IMG/VR virus record: IMGVR_UViG_3300008255_000107
Strand: one strand, 5' to 3'
Length of the DNA: 64,000 nt
Source of the DNA: a virus
Lineage: Duplodnaviria; Heunggongvirae; Uroviricota; Caudoviricetes
The position numbers and the translations under genes were made by a program. The first letter of the stretch is position 1. Each line of letters opens with the position of its first letter. Below are positions 29,237 to 39,729 of the stretch, piece after piece. Below the pieces are notes generated by a model. That model searched no databases. It had not been told where the DNA came from and saw only the letters and a program-made list of their open reading frames with translations.

Positions 29237-29817
29237 ACGAAATCCTCCTTGGTGATGAGTATGTATTTATAACGGTACCCTGCATCACCCGGACCTACAT
29301 AGTACTTGAGGTTTTCCCCAGTGTAGGCCTCTACTGCCTCTAGGTAGCCGTTAGCTAATGTATGTGACGAGATGAAATGATCGTGCTCGCTGTCTGCGGA
29401 AAACCCGTTCCCAAAGATACGAAGAACCCCCTCCACATTTTCCTTAAGAAACTTATCGGAATCAGCCTTAGCGGATTCTATGCTACTGAGATACCTTTCC
29501 TGGGCTCCTCTTACGATGCTTAGGTCCGCATCGTGGGATTCCGTCGTCATGGTAAAGTACAAGTATATCGGTGGGATAGGGTTAGCTTTCAAGTAGCGGG
29601 TAAAAGCGTGCATATCCATTTGGGAACTGTGCACCTTAAAAAATCTGGCACACATCTTGAAACGGTTAGGTTCCAGGTTTTCCGACAAGGGTCGGGAAAG
29701 TGCTAAGGAGTAGAACACATCTCCATCCAAAGCGCTTTTGGTGTGATCCCCAGCTGCTTGCCTTAACTTTTCCTCCGCGGCGACCTTGTTCCTGGTGAAT
29801 AAACTTAGGAGCCCCAT
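29224..29817 (-). CDS. hypothetical protein
   Basis: ORF. Confidence 0.45.
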   Translation of the reverse strand: MGLLSLFTRNKVAAEEKLRQAAGDHTKSALDGDVFYSLALSRPLSENLEPNRFKMCARFFKVHSSQMDMHAFTRYLKANPIPPIYLYFTMTTESHDADLSIVRGAQERYLSSIESAKADSDKFLKENVEGVLRIFGNGFSADSEHDHFISSHTLANGYLEAVEAYTGENLKYYVGPGDAGYRYKYILITKEDFVCKT

Positions 29818-29819
29818 GG

Positions 29820-30707
29820 TTACACACTCAGCGGGTAAACGGTGTACATGAAGGACGGGTGGGCCGTACTTATGATGAAAGTCGTATCCCTGAACGGGTT
29901 ACGAAATTTTATAAACCCCTTCTCTGGGACGGTAACCCCCTCGGTTCCTATGTACTCTACCACCTCAGACCCGCTACCATTTTTGACACGCACGACACCG
30001 CCCACAAACATTTCCATAAACCTGTCAGCTTCATTCAGAGTATTCTGAATGTAGCTAAGATGGGAGTCCAACGCCGTCTTCACCTTTTCCGCGTTCAGGT
30101 TGGAGTCCCCAGCTACGGCGGATATACCCCCCACCTCTATGGAGTGGAACTTAGGTAGTTTGTTGACTTCTATGTATTCTTTGACATGGCCTGGAAGGTC
30201 CCTAGAGAAATAGAAGTATATGGAGGCGCTTGCTCTTTCCCGTGGATTGATGCCTAAATTGATATCGTTTAGTACCACGTTACTGTTTTCAAAACTAATG
30301 GGTACTTCGGGAAATACTTTTAATCCATTTTCTATGATGGCCTTAATTTTTCTCTCGATGGCATACCCTATGTGGTCTAAGGGTGCTTCACTTAGGATGA
30401 CTTTACGATCATCCGTAGACAGCACAAGGGGTTTGTCACTTATATGAGGAATCAACCCTTGCATATCACCTTTGGTACCCGGTATAGGTGTGTTTGAGAT
30501 TACACCATTTAGTGCGTACCAACAAGGCATAACATGGCCACGATAGTGGAAAGACACCATACCGTTTTCTCGGGACATGGTAGCCCCTGGAAGCAATCCA
30601 TCCAGTTCACCTTCGATTATATCGAGGCACCTGTTCAATTCCTTCTTGAATTTTTTAGTTCTGTTGAAAATCATTGGAAAATATCCTCCCACTTTTCTTC
30701 CTTCCAT
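29820..30707 (-). CDS. hypothetical protein
   Basis: ORF. Confidence 0.45.
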   Translation of the reverse strand: MEGRKVGGYFPMIFNRTKKFKKELNRCLDIIEGELDGLLPGATMSRENGMVSFHYRGHVMPCWYALNGVISNTPIPGTKGDMQGLIPHISDKPLVLSTDDRKVILSEAPLDHIGYAIERKIKAIIENGLKVFPEVPISFENSNVVLNDINLGINPRERASASIYFYFSRDLPGHVKEYIEVNKLPKFHSIEVGGISAVAGDSNLNAEKVKTALDSHLSYIQNTLNEADRFMEMFVGGVVRVKNGSGSEVVEYIGTEGVTVPEKGFIKFRNPFRDTTFIISTAHPSFMYTVYPLSV

Positions 30708-31531
30708 ACCACTGTGTACGACCTAACACCCCCATTTAATAGGATGAACTGGGGTACACCGGGTGGAGGGTCAGTAATGGTTATTAAACCCTTCCCGTCT
30801 GCTGGCATTTCGAAGTCACTATAGAAAGGATAGTTCACCACATCACCGGAATGGTAGGTAACTCGTATGACCCCTAGAGCGCTATCAAGTGACTCTATAG
30901 CCTTGCTGGTGGCCGCGGCTACAGCACGCCGATACTTCTCAATGGTCGCACTCACCATTTTCTGGTTACCGCCGAGGGTCTTGTTACGGACCATGAGGCT
31001 TACCGTTTCTTCCACACTTGGACTAAGAACCTTTTCTAGCTCCTTTTTAAGAGCTGGGTGGTGTGCCGACCAACTCATCTGGAGATGTAGGAGACCACCA
31101 TCGTCCATAGGCACACCCTTAACAAAAATGCATACGCCACTGCAGGCTAATACACTACTGGGTACCTCATAGGATTCTTTGATACCGTCAAGCACTTGCC
31201 CCACCAGATTACGGATTGCCCCACTGACATTGAGTTGGTAATCATCCATTTCAAACCACACAAGGGGTATGCCTATAAGTGCAAGGGTAACCTTACGGGT
31301 TTTTTTGACCTGTACACTAAATTCGTAGCCCGCGTAGGACAATAAAGCATTGTCCCCGTTTCTTCTCAAAGAAACAGATTCACCCTCGAGGGAACTAGGT
31401 GTGCTTTTGTGCAACTTCTCGGTGAGGACTTCCAAACCTTTTTGGAGATATTCGCCTTGCTCCCGTATAAACTCTTCTTCAGACTTACTATAAATAATCA
31501 CCCGGCACCTACTTATTAATGAGGATCCCAT
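30671..31531 (-). CDS. hypothetical protein
   Basis: ORF. Confidence 0.45.
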   Translation of the reverse strand: MGSSLISRCRVIIYSKSEEEFIREQGEYLQKGLEVLTEKLHKSTPSSLEGESVSLRRNGDNALLSYAGYEFSVQVKKTRKVTLALIGIPLVWFEMDDYQLNVSGAIRNLVGQVLDGIKESYEVPSSVLACSGVCIFVKGVPMDDGGLLHLQMSWSAHHPALKKELEKVLSPSVEETVSLMVRNKTLGGNQKMVSATIEKYRRAVAAATSKAIESLDSALGVIRVTYHSGDVVNYPFYSDFEMPADGKGLITITDPPPGVPQFILLNGGVRSYTVVWKEEKWEDIFQ

Positions 31532-32075
31532 TAGGGGTTTGAGTTTTAAAAATCAGATCTTCCCTAGAATATCTGGTCATGAGCTGTATGCTTAAGCTCC
31601 TAAAAGATAATCTATCATACGTCACAAATCCAAGGTCCAAAGCGGACCCCATAGGGAAAAAGGTATCGCACTTATGGGTACCATCTAGTTTGGTAACGTA
31701 AATCTCCGAAACTTCTGGTATGGTGAGGGACTGACCATAAACTGATCCGCCCCCTATGACAAAGACCTTGCCTACACCCGAGATAGTTTTTAGAGCTACA
31801 CTAAGGTTGGCAAACACCCTCACTTCCTCGGTAGCCCCATCGACCTTGCCTGAGTGGGAAATAACCACATTGACGCGGTCCTTGAGAGGTCCTGGTAAAC
31901 TTTTCCACGTATTGTACCCCATGACCACAGCATTTGGTTTACCCTCGACAAAGGGGTACGTGGTAAGCGTACGGAACCACTTGAAGTCGTCCTTATTGTG
32001 CCAGGGCATAGCCCCGTCTTTCCCTATACCGTACTCGTCATCGACGGCGGTAACCAATGCTATGTCATTTCTCAT
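31509..32075 (-). CDS. folA: dihydrofolate reductase
   Basis: IALVTAVDDEYGIGKDGAMPWH..DFKWFRTLT ... VVMGYNTWKSLPGPLKDRVNVVIS matches the DHFR fold signature. Adjacent to thyA, as in the T4 frd-td arrangement. Confidence 0.8.
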   Translation of the reverse strand: MRNDIALVTAVDDEYGIGKDGAMPWHNKDDFKWFRTLTTYPFVEGKPNAVVMGYNTWKSLPGPLKDRVNVVISHSGKVDGATEEVRVFANLSVALKTISGVGKVFVIGGGSVYGQSLTIPEVSEIYVTKLDGTHKCDTFFPMGSALDLGFVTYDRLSFRSLSIQLMTRYSREDLIFKTQTPNGILINK

Positions 32076-32087
32076 GGGTCTTACGTC

Positions 32088-33065
32088 CTAAATGGCGATG
32101 GGCATCTTAACAGCTTCCTGGGGATCGTAACCCTTGAGGATGTCTGAAGCCTTTTCCGGTGGTTCCCATGAAAAGATATCAATCTTTTCAGGAAGTTCCA
32201 GAGTGGGCAGCTTACCCGGTGTCCTGGACAACAAGATGTCCACACCTTCCTGCTGGTTCACATAGTAATGAACATCTGCCAGGAACCCAATCAACTTACG
32301 TGGAATCATACCCACGTGCCGGGCGATGAGTTCCAGGATCAGTCCATAACTGGCGATGTTGAAGGGGAGCCCTAGGGGGGTATCCACGCTGCGTTGGTTC
32401 CACAGCAGGTCCACGTGCTTACCATCGGAAAGGATCTGAAAGCTGTAGTGGCAAGGAGGTAAAGCCATTTGGTCAAGTTTTGCTGGGTTCCAGGCACTGA
32501 CGATCATGCGGCGATCAAACGGATTGGTCTGGAGCTTTTCAATCACATTTTTGAGTTGGTCCACACCAAGATTTGGCTGCATCTCTCGGTCCATGTATTC
32601 CTTAATGACCCTCCGGGTATCAATAGAACTGGAGGGTAGGCTATCGATAGCCACGAGCATAGCAGCCATGGCGCTGAACTTGCGATTCATCTCGTGTGTC
32701 GTGTCACGGTTAAAACCGCGCCATTGTACACCGTAGATCTCCCCAAGATCGGTTTCCTCTGCCATCTTGGCCTGGGTGGCCTCATCGGTACCGTATGGTA
32801 CCTTCTTGGGGTTTGCCCATTGGTTCCAGATGTTACAGTTGCGGTCCTTGAGCCACTGCTTGTTGTTGTACCCGCGAAGAAAGAAAACAGCTTCAGTAGC
32901 TACCGTCTTGAATCCCACCTTCTTGGTGGTCTGCAGAGGGAACCCTTCACGCATGTCATGTTCGAACATGGCACCTGTGATGGAAATGGTATCTATGCCC
33001 GTACGGTTTTCCTTTAGAATACCGTTTTCCTTAATCTTACGTAAGATGTCTAAATAGGATTTCAT
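32088..33065 (-). CDS. thyA: thymidylate synthase (ThyA type)
   Basis: RRMIVSAWNPAKLDQMALPPCHYSFQ (active-site Cys within the ALPPCH motif), NIASYGLILELIA and DVHYYVNQ. Confidence 0.9.
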   Translation of the reverse strand: MKSYLDILRKIKENGILKENRTGIDTISITGAMFEHDMREGFPLQTTKKVGFKTVATEAVFFLRGYNNKQWLKDRNCNIWNQWANPKKVPYGTDEATQAKMAEETDLGEIYGVQWRGFNRDTTHEMNRKFSAMAAMLVAIDSLPSSSIDTRRVIKEYMDREMQPNLGVDQLKNVIEKLQTNPFDRRMIVSAWNPAKLDQMALPPCHYSFQILSDGKHVDLLWNQRSVDTPLGLPFNIASYGLILELIARHVGMIPRKLIGFLADVHYYVNQQEGVDILLSRTPGKLPTLELPEKIDIFSWEPPEKASDILKGYDPQEAVKMPIAI

Positions 33066-33085
33066 CTCGTTTCCTTTTTTAAAAA

Positions 33086-33901
33086 TTACTTGAACATACC
33101 ACTGCGGAATATGTGACTCTTAGGAAGTGAATCGGTATCGTAGTGTGATGTGCCGCTAACCGCCTGGTCTGAGGTAACACCCACATGCCTATCAAGCGCG
33201 TGGTGAGGCCCAGTTACACCATGGTGGTACAACGCAGGCCCAGTTACACCCCGATCCGACAGGCCTTCTTCCGATGGGTCGTTGTATCCTTGTATTCCCA
33301 AGGTGGCTATTTTCCCATCTTTGGCGATAGCAGCAGTCTCGTGTTGCATCACGTGGTAGTACAGGTCCCTGGTCCACTTGGCATCCACAAGGGCATTGTG
33401 AGCCCCTACGGGGTCAGGTAGCGAACTAGCACCACTGGCGTCCATGATCTGTTTAACGTCCCTGCAGTACATGGGGAATCCCTTAGGTAGATCCACCATC
33501 TTACCAAAAAGCCAGCAAAACACGACCCAGTCATATGCCGCATAATAGCCCCAGAACTCTGGATTGGTGGTTTCCGCATGGACGAATTCAATGATCTCCT
33601 GAGCGATAACCCTCTTAGGCTTACGCAGCCTTCGGACGGGAAGATCTTTCAGAACATTAGCCTTTACCCAGGAGTCTGCTTTGGATGAGTCAAATTCCTG
33701 GGATACAGCATAATACTCCCTGCCTGAATCGCTCACTATCCCTATGGATACCAAATCGATGCTGCAGGGGTATTCTATGAATTCAGTGTCCAGGAAAAAC
33801 TTCACATTCCCACGTCCACCCATGTGGACCCGGGAAGCCCTGGGGGCAGAAGTTTCTTCCTGGTATAACCATTCTTCTTTGATCTTAGCCATCTTCTTCA
33901 A
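33086..33901 (-). CDS. DEDDh-family 3'-5' exonuclease
   Basis: Exo I FLDTEFIEY, Exo II AYDWVVF and Exo III HNALVDAKW motifs. N-terminus MAKIKEEWL. Confidence 0.6.
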   Translation of the reverse strand: MKKMAKIKEEWLYQEETSAPRASRVHMGGRGNVKFFLDTEFIEYPCSIDLVSIGIVSDSGREYYAVSQEFDSSKADSWVKANVLKDLPVRRLRKPKRVIAQEIIEFVHAETTNPEFWGYYAAYDWVVFCWLFGKMVDLPKGFPMYCRDVKQIMDASGASSLPDPVGAHNALVDAKWTRDLYYHVMQHETAAIAKDGKIATLGIQGYNDPSEEGLSDRGVTGPALYHHGVTGPHHALDRHVGVTSDQAVSGTSHYDTDSLPKSHIFRSGMFK

Positions 33902-34148
33902 CAGCCAGGATGTCGGTACGTTCCAGCACGGCTACAGTTTCACCACCATGGGTGATTTCCATAGCCTTATCCACCGCGTAGAAAACGGTTTTACCTACCA
34001 GTGGGTCTTCTTCGTTGGAAAACATGACCACACCCTTACGGACACGGCTATCGTCCCTTGGGTTGGTGATGGTGAGACCGGATGCGGTTACAGTTTCTTT
34101 TTCGTCGTCCACAGTTACTAGGACGCGACCGTTCATGGGCTTGAGCAT
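33885..34148 (-). CDS. groES: co-chaperonin GroES
   Basis: 87 aa. Pattern RVLV..DE.ET.T.SGL.I ... DILAV matches GroES. Immediately upstream of groEL. Confidence 0.8.
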   Translation of the reverse strand: MLKPMNGRVLVTVDDEKETVTASGLTITNPRDDSRVRKGVVMFSNEEDPLVGKTVFYAVDKAMEITHGGETVAVLERTDILAVEEDG

Positions 34149-34202
34149 GATACTCTCCTCGTGTAAAATGAAAAGGGGCCTGGATCGACCCCTTTATGGT
34201 TT

Positions 34203-35828
34203 TCAGTAATGGTTGAGATCGGTTGCCTGAGTAGAAGCACGATCGTAGGTGATGGCGCAACTGGCTGTAAGCAACATACCTGCGATGGATACCGCGTTAC
34301 GGAGAGCCGTTACAGTTACCTTCACGGGGTCAATGACACCAGTCTCCAAAAGATCCTCGTACTTACCAGTATGGGCATTAAAACCCTTCTCGATACCTTC
34401 GTTGATCTTTTCGATGATGATGTCAGGGCTTTGGCCGGCATTCAGAAGAATGTTACGGATAGGTGCTTCGATGGCCTTTAACACGATATTATAGCCACGA
34501 ACCTGTTCAGGGCTCATGTCCACAGGAGCCTGGAGATTTTTACGGGCCAATATCAAAGCTGTTCCGCCACCGGGCACGATGCCTTCTTCCACGGCGGCGC
34601 GAGTGGCATGCATGGCATCTTCCACACGGTCGCGAAGTTCCTTGGCTTCCACTTCCGATCTACCACCAACATAAACCACGGCCATGGCTCCGGAAAGCTT
34701 TGCCACACGGTTCAAGATCTTTTCGCGATCATACTCGGACTCAGTGCTCTTTGCTGAAGCCTGCAGGGCTTCCACACGTGCATGCACTTGTTCGGGGTCA
34801 CCCATGGGTTCGAAGATGGTTGTGGTCTTGCTGGAGATGCGTACGCGGCCAGCTTGGCCCATCTTTTCTACACTGGCTTCGGATAGGGGTAAACCACCTG
34901 AGGAGGCGTCACCAAACACTTCACCACCCAATGCAGTGGCCATGTCATACATGTTGTCATTTTTCTGATCACCGAAACCGGGGATACGAATGACAGTCAT
35001 GTTCACAGCACCCTTAAGCACGTTGGCCAGAATCTGATCCAAAGCGGGCTTGCTGATATTGTGGCAGACTAACACGATTGGAGGACGTTCCTTCACCTTG
35101 AGAACTGATTCGATGCCCGGCAAAATTTCCTGGATGGTGGCCACGTTCTTGTTCACCAAGAAAAACACAGCATCGCTGATGTTGATTTCCGAGGAGTTTT
35201 CTGCAGTGATGAAATGAGGAGAAACCATACCCTCAGGAAGTTCCATACCTTCAATGAATTCCAAGCGGATACCCGGTTCACTACCTTCTTCGATAGTCAC
35301 CACGCCCGCTTGACCCACCTTATCAATGGCTTCAGCCAGTACCGCCCCAATCTTGGGTTCGTTGTTGGCGGAGATGGTTCCCACACGAGCCACAGTTTCC
35401 AGATCGTCGGCAGGTTTTGCCATATGGCGAAGTACCACTTCCAGGTCGTCGACGGCACGGTCCATACCGCGCTTGAGTTCCACAGGAGAACCACCATTCA
35501 GAATGACTCGAACGCCTTCGTCCGTGACAGCTTGTGCCAGCACCGTAGCGGTAGTCGTACCGTCACCGGCTTCGTCACAAGTCTTGGCGGCTACATCCTT
35601 GGCCATTTGGGCACCAAGGTTTTCAAAGGGGTCTGCGAGATCGATCTCTTTGGCTACAGAAACACCGTCTTTCGTTACAGATGGTGATCCGTACCCACGT
35701 TCGATGATTACGTTTCTGCCACGGGGTCCCAAGGTTTCCTTAACGGCATCAGCCAATTGGTCCAGGCCGGACTTCAGGGCTTTGATGGCTTGGTCTCGGA
35801 AAATGAGATTCTTGGGTCTATCTTGCAT
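34203..35828 (-). CDS. groEL: chaperonin GroEL (Hsp60)
   Basis: LGPRGRNVIIERGYGSPSVTKDGVSVAKEI ... AGDGTTTATVLAQA. Full 541-aa GroEL without the GGM tail. Confidence 0.9.
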   Translation of the reverse strand: MQDRPKNLIFRDQAIKALKSGLDQLADAVKETLGPRGRNVIIERGYGSPSVTKDGVSVAKEIDLADPFENLGAQMAKDVAAKTCDEAGDGTTTATVLAQAVTDEGVRVILNGGSPVELKRGMDRAVDDLEVVLRHMAKPADDLETVARVGTISANNEPKIGAVLAEAIDKVGQAGVVTIEEGSEPGIRLEFIEGMELPEGMVSPHFITAENSSEINISDAVFFLVNKNVATIQEILPGIESVLKVKERPPIVLVCHNISKPALDQILANVLKGAVNMTVIRIPGFGDQKNDNMYDMATALGGEVFGDASSGGLPLSEASVEKMGQAGRVRISSKTTTIFEPMGDPEQVHARVEALQASAKSTESEYDREKILNRVAKLSGAMAVVYVGGRSEVEAKELRDRVEDAMHATRAAVEEGIVPGGGTALILARKNLQAPVDMSPEQVRGYNIVLKAIEAPIRNILLNAGQSPDIIIEKINEGIEKGFNAHTGKYEDLLETGVIDPVKVTVTALRNAVSIAGMLLTASCAITYDRASTQATDLNHY

Positions 35829-35913
35829 ATTATCCTCTCGATTTCGGGGTTCCCCCGGTATGTTGTTCGATGGGATAATATAGAGGACTAATGCTATTTT
35901 TTAAACCAACATC

Positions 35914-36975
35914 CTAGAAAATAATTTTCACCATAGCGGAGTAACCGTACACAGCTTCGTAGTCCGAGTATTCCTCGGTGAATTGGTCCTTGTACTCCTG
36001 CAGGTCGTGGCCAACGGGTACGTGCCCTTCGTTTACTCCCACGGGGTAAATCTGAGATGCGGGTGCCGCGTAAGATGTCTTAACGAAGGCTTCTGCAGAG
36101 GCCCTCATACGGAAGTTACCCAGTCTGAAATTCATACCGACTATGACAGATGCATCGAGGTTAGCCAGAAGATCATATTCTTCATGACTAAGGTAATAGC
36201 CATCCAGTCCCACATCCTGATTTTCACCGAGGGGGCTTTCCGAAACACCGACGGTACCCTGAAAGGTATAGGTTAAGTACAATCGTCCCGAGGGGTCGGG
36301 AGCACGGAATATGCCGGCAACAAACCCATTCACTTCCTTATTGTATGGTCCACGGGTGCTGAGTACCTTCACATTACCGTTGTCGTCCACCTGGCCTATG
36401 CGGAGCAAACGAAGTGTTCGAAAGCGCTGATACTCTGCCACCATACCTACGGCACCAGGTCTTGATCTACCATAAGCCTTTAACCCCACTTTAAGCATGC
36501 TGGAGGTATAAGCCTTGTGTGAGTCGGATCCTAAGGTGTATGTTCCGTACCTATTGAAGCTACGAAGCAGGTACAGGTCCACTTGGTCGTTACTAAGTCC
36601 TAACTCCAAAAACTTGGCCAGATCCTCTTTTCGAAAAAAGTCTTCACGAGTTGTACCGTTTTTGAATCGTTGGATGGCGGAACTTACCTGCTCATCATAG
36701 TAGGCAGCCCGAAGGGTGTACTGGCGGGAAATGACTTCAGCCTTGATGCCCTGGCGGTCATCCCACTTGGAGTCAACTTTCATCTTCTGGGTTTCCCCAT
36801 CAGAGTAGACGTAGTGGTCTCCGTCCACATACTTGTACCCACTACCCTCCGTTACTATGGCTACCCCAAAGTATAGGGTGTCGTCTTCGCCCTGGATGTC
36901 CAAGTCGAAGTCCATGGTATTGGAGGCGCTGCATAAACCGGCTAAAATGATCAGTGTTGTGAATAGATTTTTCAT
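35914..36975 (-). CDS. secreted protein or lipoprotein, hypothetical
   Basis: Signal peptide MKNLFTTLIILAGLCSASN (possible lipobox LAGLC). Confidence 0.5.
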   Translation of the reverse strand: MKNLFTTLIILAGLCSASNTMDFDLDIQGEDDTLYFGVAIVTEGSGYKYVDGDHYVYSDGETQKMKVDSKWDDRQGIKAEVISRQYTLRAAYYDEQVSSAIQRFKNGTTREDFFRKEDLAKFLELGLSNDQVDLYLLRSFNRYGTYTLGSDSHKAYTSSMLKVGLKAYGRSRPGAVGMVAEYQRFRTLRLLRIGQVDDNGNVKVLSTRGPYNKEVNGFVAGIFRAPDPSGRLYLTYTFQGTVGVSESPLGENQDVGLDGYYLSHEEYDLLANLDASVIVGMNFRLGNFRMRASAEAFVKTSYAAPASQIYPVGVNEGHVPVGHDLQEYKDQFTEEYSDYEAVYGYSAMVKIIF

Positions 36976-37051
36976 ACTTACCTTTCCCTGTGTGTAAGTA
37001 TATAGAAAGGGTCCCCGCTTTTAACGAGGACCCCCACGGTTACTACTCTAA

Positions 37052-38644
37052 TCAGGAACAGGAATCGGGCTCGAGGTTAACGGATTCGTCCACTAAGCGC
37101 CCCCTGACACGTGTTAAATGGGCATTTCTTGAGGTAGCCGATACTTTATCCACAGCTTTCATTAAGTCATCCAGCGTCAGAGCTTTGGAGGAGTAAACCT
37201 CTGCAGTCTCAAATACCGAGAATATCTGCACGTGGGTGAAATTGTTTTGCAACATAGCTGCCTTGAGCTGCTCCACCTCTTCCACGTTTAGGGTGTTTAC
37301 ATACAAACCCATATGATACTCCACCAGATACTTGATTTCCTCCACACCAGGCCTTGTAAGCTCGATGACCTCATCAAACCTTTTACCTCTATCCAGTAAA
37401 GAACTTTCCACTGCTCTGGGGTCGTTTAAAGTGGCTATGAGAAAGAAGTTGTTCTCCTTGTACGCCATACATTGGATAAGGGTGGTCACCTCACTGGTCT
37501 TATCGCGAAGAGTCTTGTGGCTGTCCATGTCATCGATGAAAACCACGGCACCGGGTACGGAACGGATGTGTGCGAAAACAGTGTTGATGGTCTCACTGTT
37601 TAAGAAACATTCAGGGGCCAACCATATCACGGGTACATTCCCCATGTGTTTAATGATAGCCTTACCTGCTTCCGTTTTACCGACACCGGGATCACCTATG
37701 AGGGCAACACCTCTCTTACCACCCCTTTTAAGGACTTTAAGGGCTGCGGATGCCATCTCCTTGACATCCAAATTCTGGATGGTGTATACGGAATCCAATT
37801 CATGAAGACTCCTCATAGCCATCTTGCTACCACGGATCTCCAGGTAACCCTTAGTGAAATCGCAGGATGTGAAGAATGCCCTAGGAAGTATTTGTTTTTC
37901 CAACAATTCACAACCATCAATCATAAACTCTGATCCGTAAACTTTCCCATCTTTAGTAATGGCCCTACACTCTATCTGACTGTCCGCATAGTAGCTATGA
38001 ACTACTGTACTACCCCAGGCCGTGGCCACCTCTTTAATTTGGAGCATAAAGGATGAGGGGTTCACCAATTCTATTCGGGGTGGTAGAAGGTGCTTTAGAT
38101 TTTCAATCCGGAAGATGTACTCCTCCTCCGAGCCACCATCGGACTTTTTGTGCTCGTGGGATACACGTGTGATACCCATTTCATCCATCATTTTTTTGGG
38201 AGGGATCTTTATAAAGGATTCCACGTATTTGTTGTTTTGTGCGTACACCTGGTTGTGTTGCAGGGACCACCCGCTTTTCATACCAAGTTTTAACGCGATA
38301 TCGTGGTGGGGGGCCTCAGACTCCTTCGCGTAGAACGGGCAGAATACATCCTGAAGTATTACACCTAGAGATACGATGTCCAAGGCAGTACCTAGGGTAC
38401 CCGCGTACTTACTTACTTCCCTACTGGATGACGCCTTGGCAGCCACCTTTAAAGAGGTACTAATAATGCTTTCTAGAAAAGGCCAAGATTTACTGTCAAG
38501 GGTTACATTGCCATTGGTATAGGATTCCCATAGCAGAATGGCTTTTTTAGTCAAACCCCGTACTTTCTTAATTTTATTCATGTCCACATAGATTGTGGGC
38601 AGATTCTTAAATAGGTCCAGGGCGTCGTTTGGTTCAAGTCGCAT
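37052..38644 (-). CDS. AAA+ ATPase
   Basis: Walker A GDPGVGKTEAGKAI and Walker B VVFIDDMD. Confidence 0.6.
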   Translation of the reverse strand: MRLEPNDALDLFKNLPTIYVDMNKIKKVRGLTKKAILLWESYTNGNVTLDSKSWPFLESIISTSLKVAAKASSSREVSKYAGTLGTALDIVSLGVILQDVFCPFYAKESEAPHHDIALKLGMKSGWSLQHNQVYAQNNKYVESFIKIPPKKMMDEMGITRVSHEHKKSDGGSEEEYIFRIENLKHLLPPRIELVNPSSFMLQIKEVATAWGSTVVHSYYADSQIECRAITKDGKVYGSEFMIDGCELLEKQILPRAFFTSCDFTKGYLEIRGSKMAMRSLHELDSVYTIQNLDVKEMASAALKVLKRGGKRGVALIGDPGVGKTEAGKAIIKHMGNVPVIWLAPECFLNSETINTVFAHIRSVPGAVVFIDDMDSHKTLRDKTSEVTTLIQCMAYKENNFFLIATLNDPRAVESSLLDRGKRFDEVIELTRPGVEEIKYLVEYHMGLYVNTLNVEEVEQLKAAMLQNNFTHVQIFSVFETAEVYSSKALTLDDLMKAVDKVSATSRNAHLTRVRGRLVDESVNLEPDSCS

Positions 38645-38924
38645 CGTTTAATAACCCCTCTCCCATAAGGGTGGACATACTTACGTGGTGGATTTCATTA
38701 TTAACTGCTTTAGCCATCTCTGGCATATCAGCCTCTACTCCATTAGACCTCTTTTTATTGATGTACCCCTCTGGGTCTCTGTACACTGATACCCAGCGGC
38801 GCAGGGTTACCACTGCTACCCCTAGTATGCTCGCTAATATGACGGCTTGGCGTACTCGATCGTGTTTGTTCAAAATTGGTTCTCCTTTAAAAAATGCCTT
38901 AATGTCCAATAATATGCGGACCAC
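38634..38924 (-). CDS. hypothetical small membrane protein
   Basis: ORF. Hydrophobic segment AVILASILGVAVV. Confidence 0.35.
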   Translation of the reverse strand: MVRILLDIKAFFKGEPILNKHDRVRQAVILASILGVAVVTLRRWVSVYRDPEGYINKKRSNGVEADMPEMAKAVNNEIHHVSMSTLMGEGLLNDAT

Positions 38925-38989
38925 GGGACTCGAACCCGCATCTTCCCCTTGCGTCCGTAGGGTGGTGCTAGACGGACACGCTTATCCGC
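38915..38989 (-). tRNA. tRNA-like gene. Acceptor GCGGATA/GGTCCGC, T-arm GCGGG-TTCGAGT-CCCGT, candidate anticodon GAC (Val). D-loop is non-canonical.
   Basis: Manual fold of the reverse complement. T-loop and acceptor are good, D-arm is irregular, so the isotype is uncertain. Confidence 0.5.
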
Positions 38990-39282
38990 CCCTACTTAAC
39001 CTGGAGAAGTGATTCGTCCCCGCTCTCTCAAGCATGGGTACCCCCGCCAGGTGGGCCCTCGTGGACCACTTCGGCCTCATTTGTACCAAATCCGCAAATC
39101 CTTATCCCTTAGATCCGCCGGATATCTCCCTCCATATAATGAGGAGTACCGCGTATCCCATTATGCCCGAGGTTAATAACAGGGCAACAAAAAACGAGAC
39201 TACCTTCCAAATACCATGGAAAAAGAACTTAACATAGCCCAGCATCACACACCTACCTTTTTCCTGGGGTACCCCGCAATAA

Positions 39283-39729
39283 CTAATTATTACGGCGGCT
39301 AAGATCGTCTTGAGACCCCGTAAGCAACTTCTTGATCAGATGCAGAACACCTGATTGCTTCTCCTTCACTTCCTCTGTGATCTTGACATTTCCGCTGGTA
39401 CCATTCAAATTAATGGGGGTACTGATTTCTGTAACGGTAGTTCGAATCGCTGAGGGTGTCAGAAACTCCTGAGGTATTTCCACGTTAACCACATGTGGTT
39501 GGAATAGACTCAAGGGAAGCATGACTCGCAAGTTGATGTTGGCGTGCTCGTCCCCCGGCTCAGGGTTATCAAGACATAGGTCATCCCAGTCCTCAACAGC
39601 ATGCATGATGTCCTGATCCAAGGAGATGCACATGCTAGTGTTAACCAGTACCACTCCTCTTTCCCTATCCACAAAAATTCCTTCATGGGTGGGGAGGGAT
39701 CCATCTTCTAGGGTGGCTTTTAAACTCAT
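39283..39729 (-). CDS. hypothetical protein
   Basis: ORF. Confidence 0.4.
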   Translation of the reverse strand: MSLKATLEDGSLPTHEGIFVDRERGVVLVNTSMCISLDQDIMHAVEDWDDLCLDNPEPGDEHANINLRVMLPLSLFQPHVVNVEIPQEFLTPSAIRTTVTEISTPINLNGTSGNVKITEEVKEKQSGVLHLIKKLLTGSQDDLSRRNN

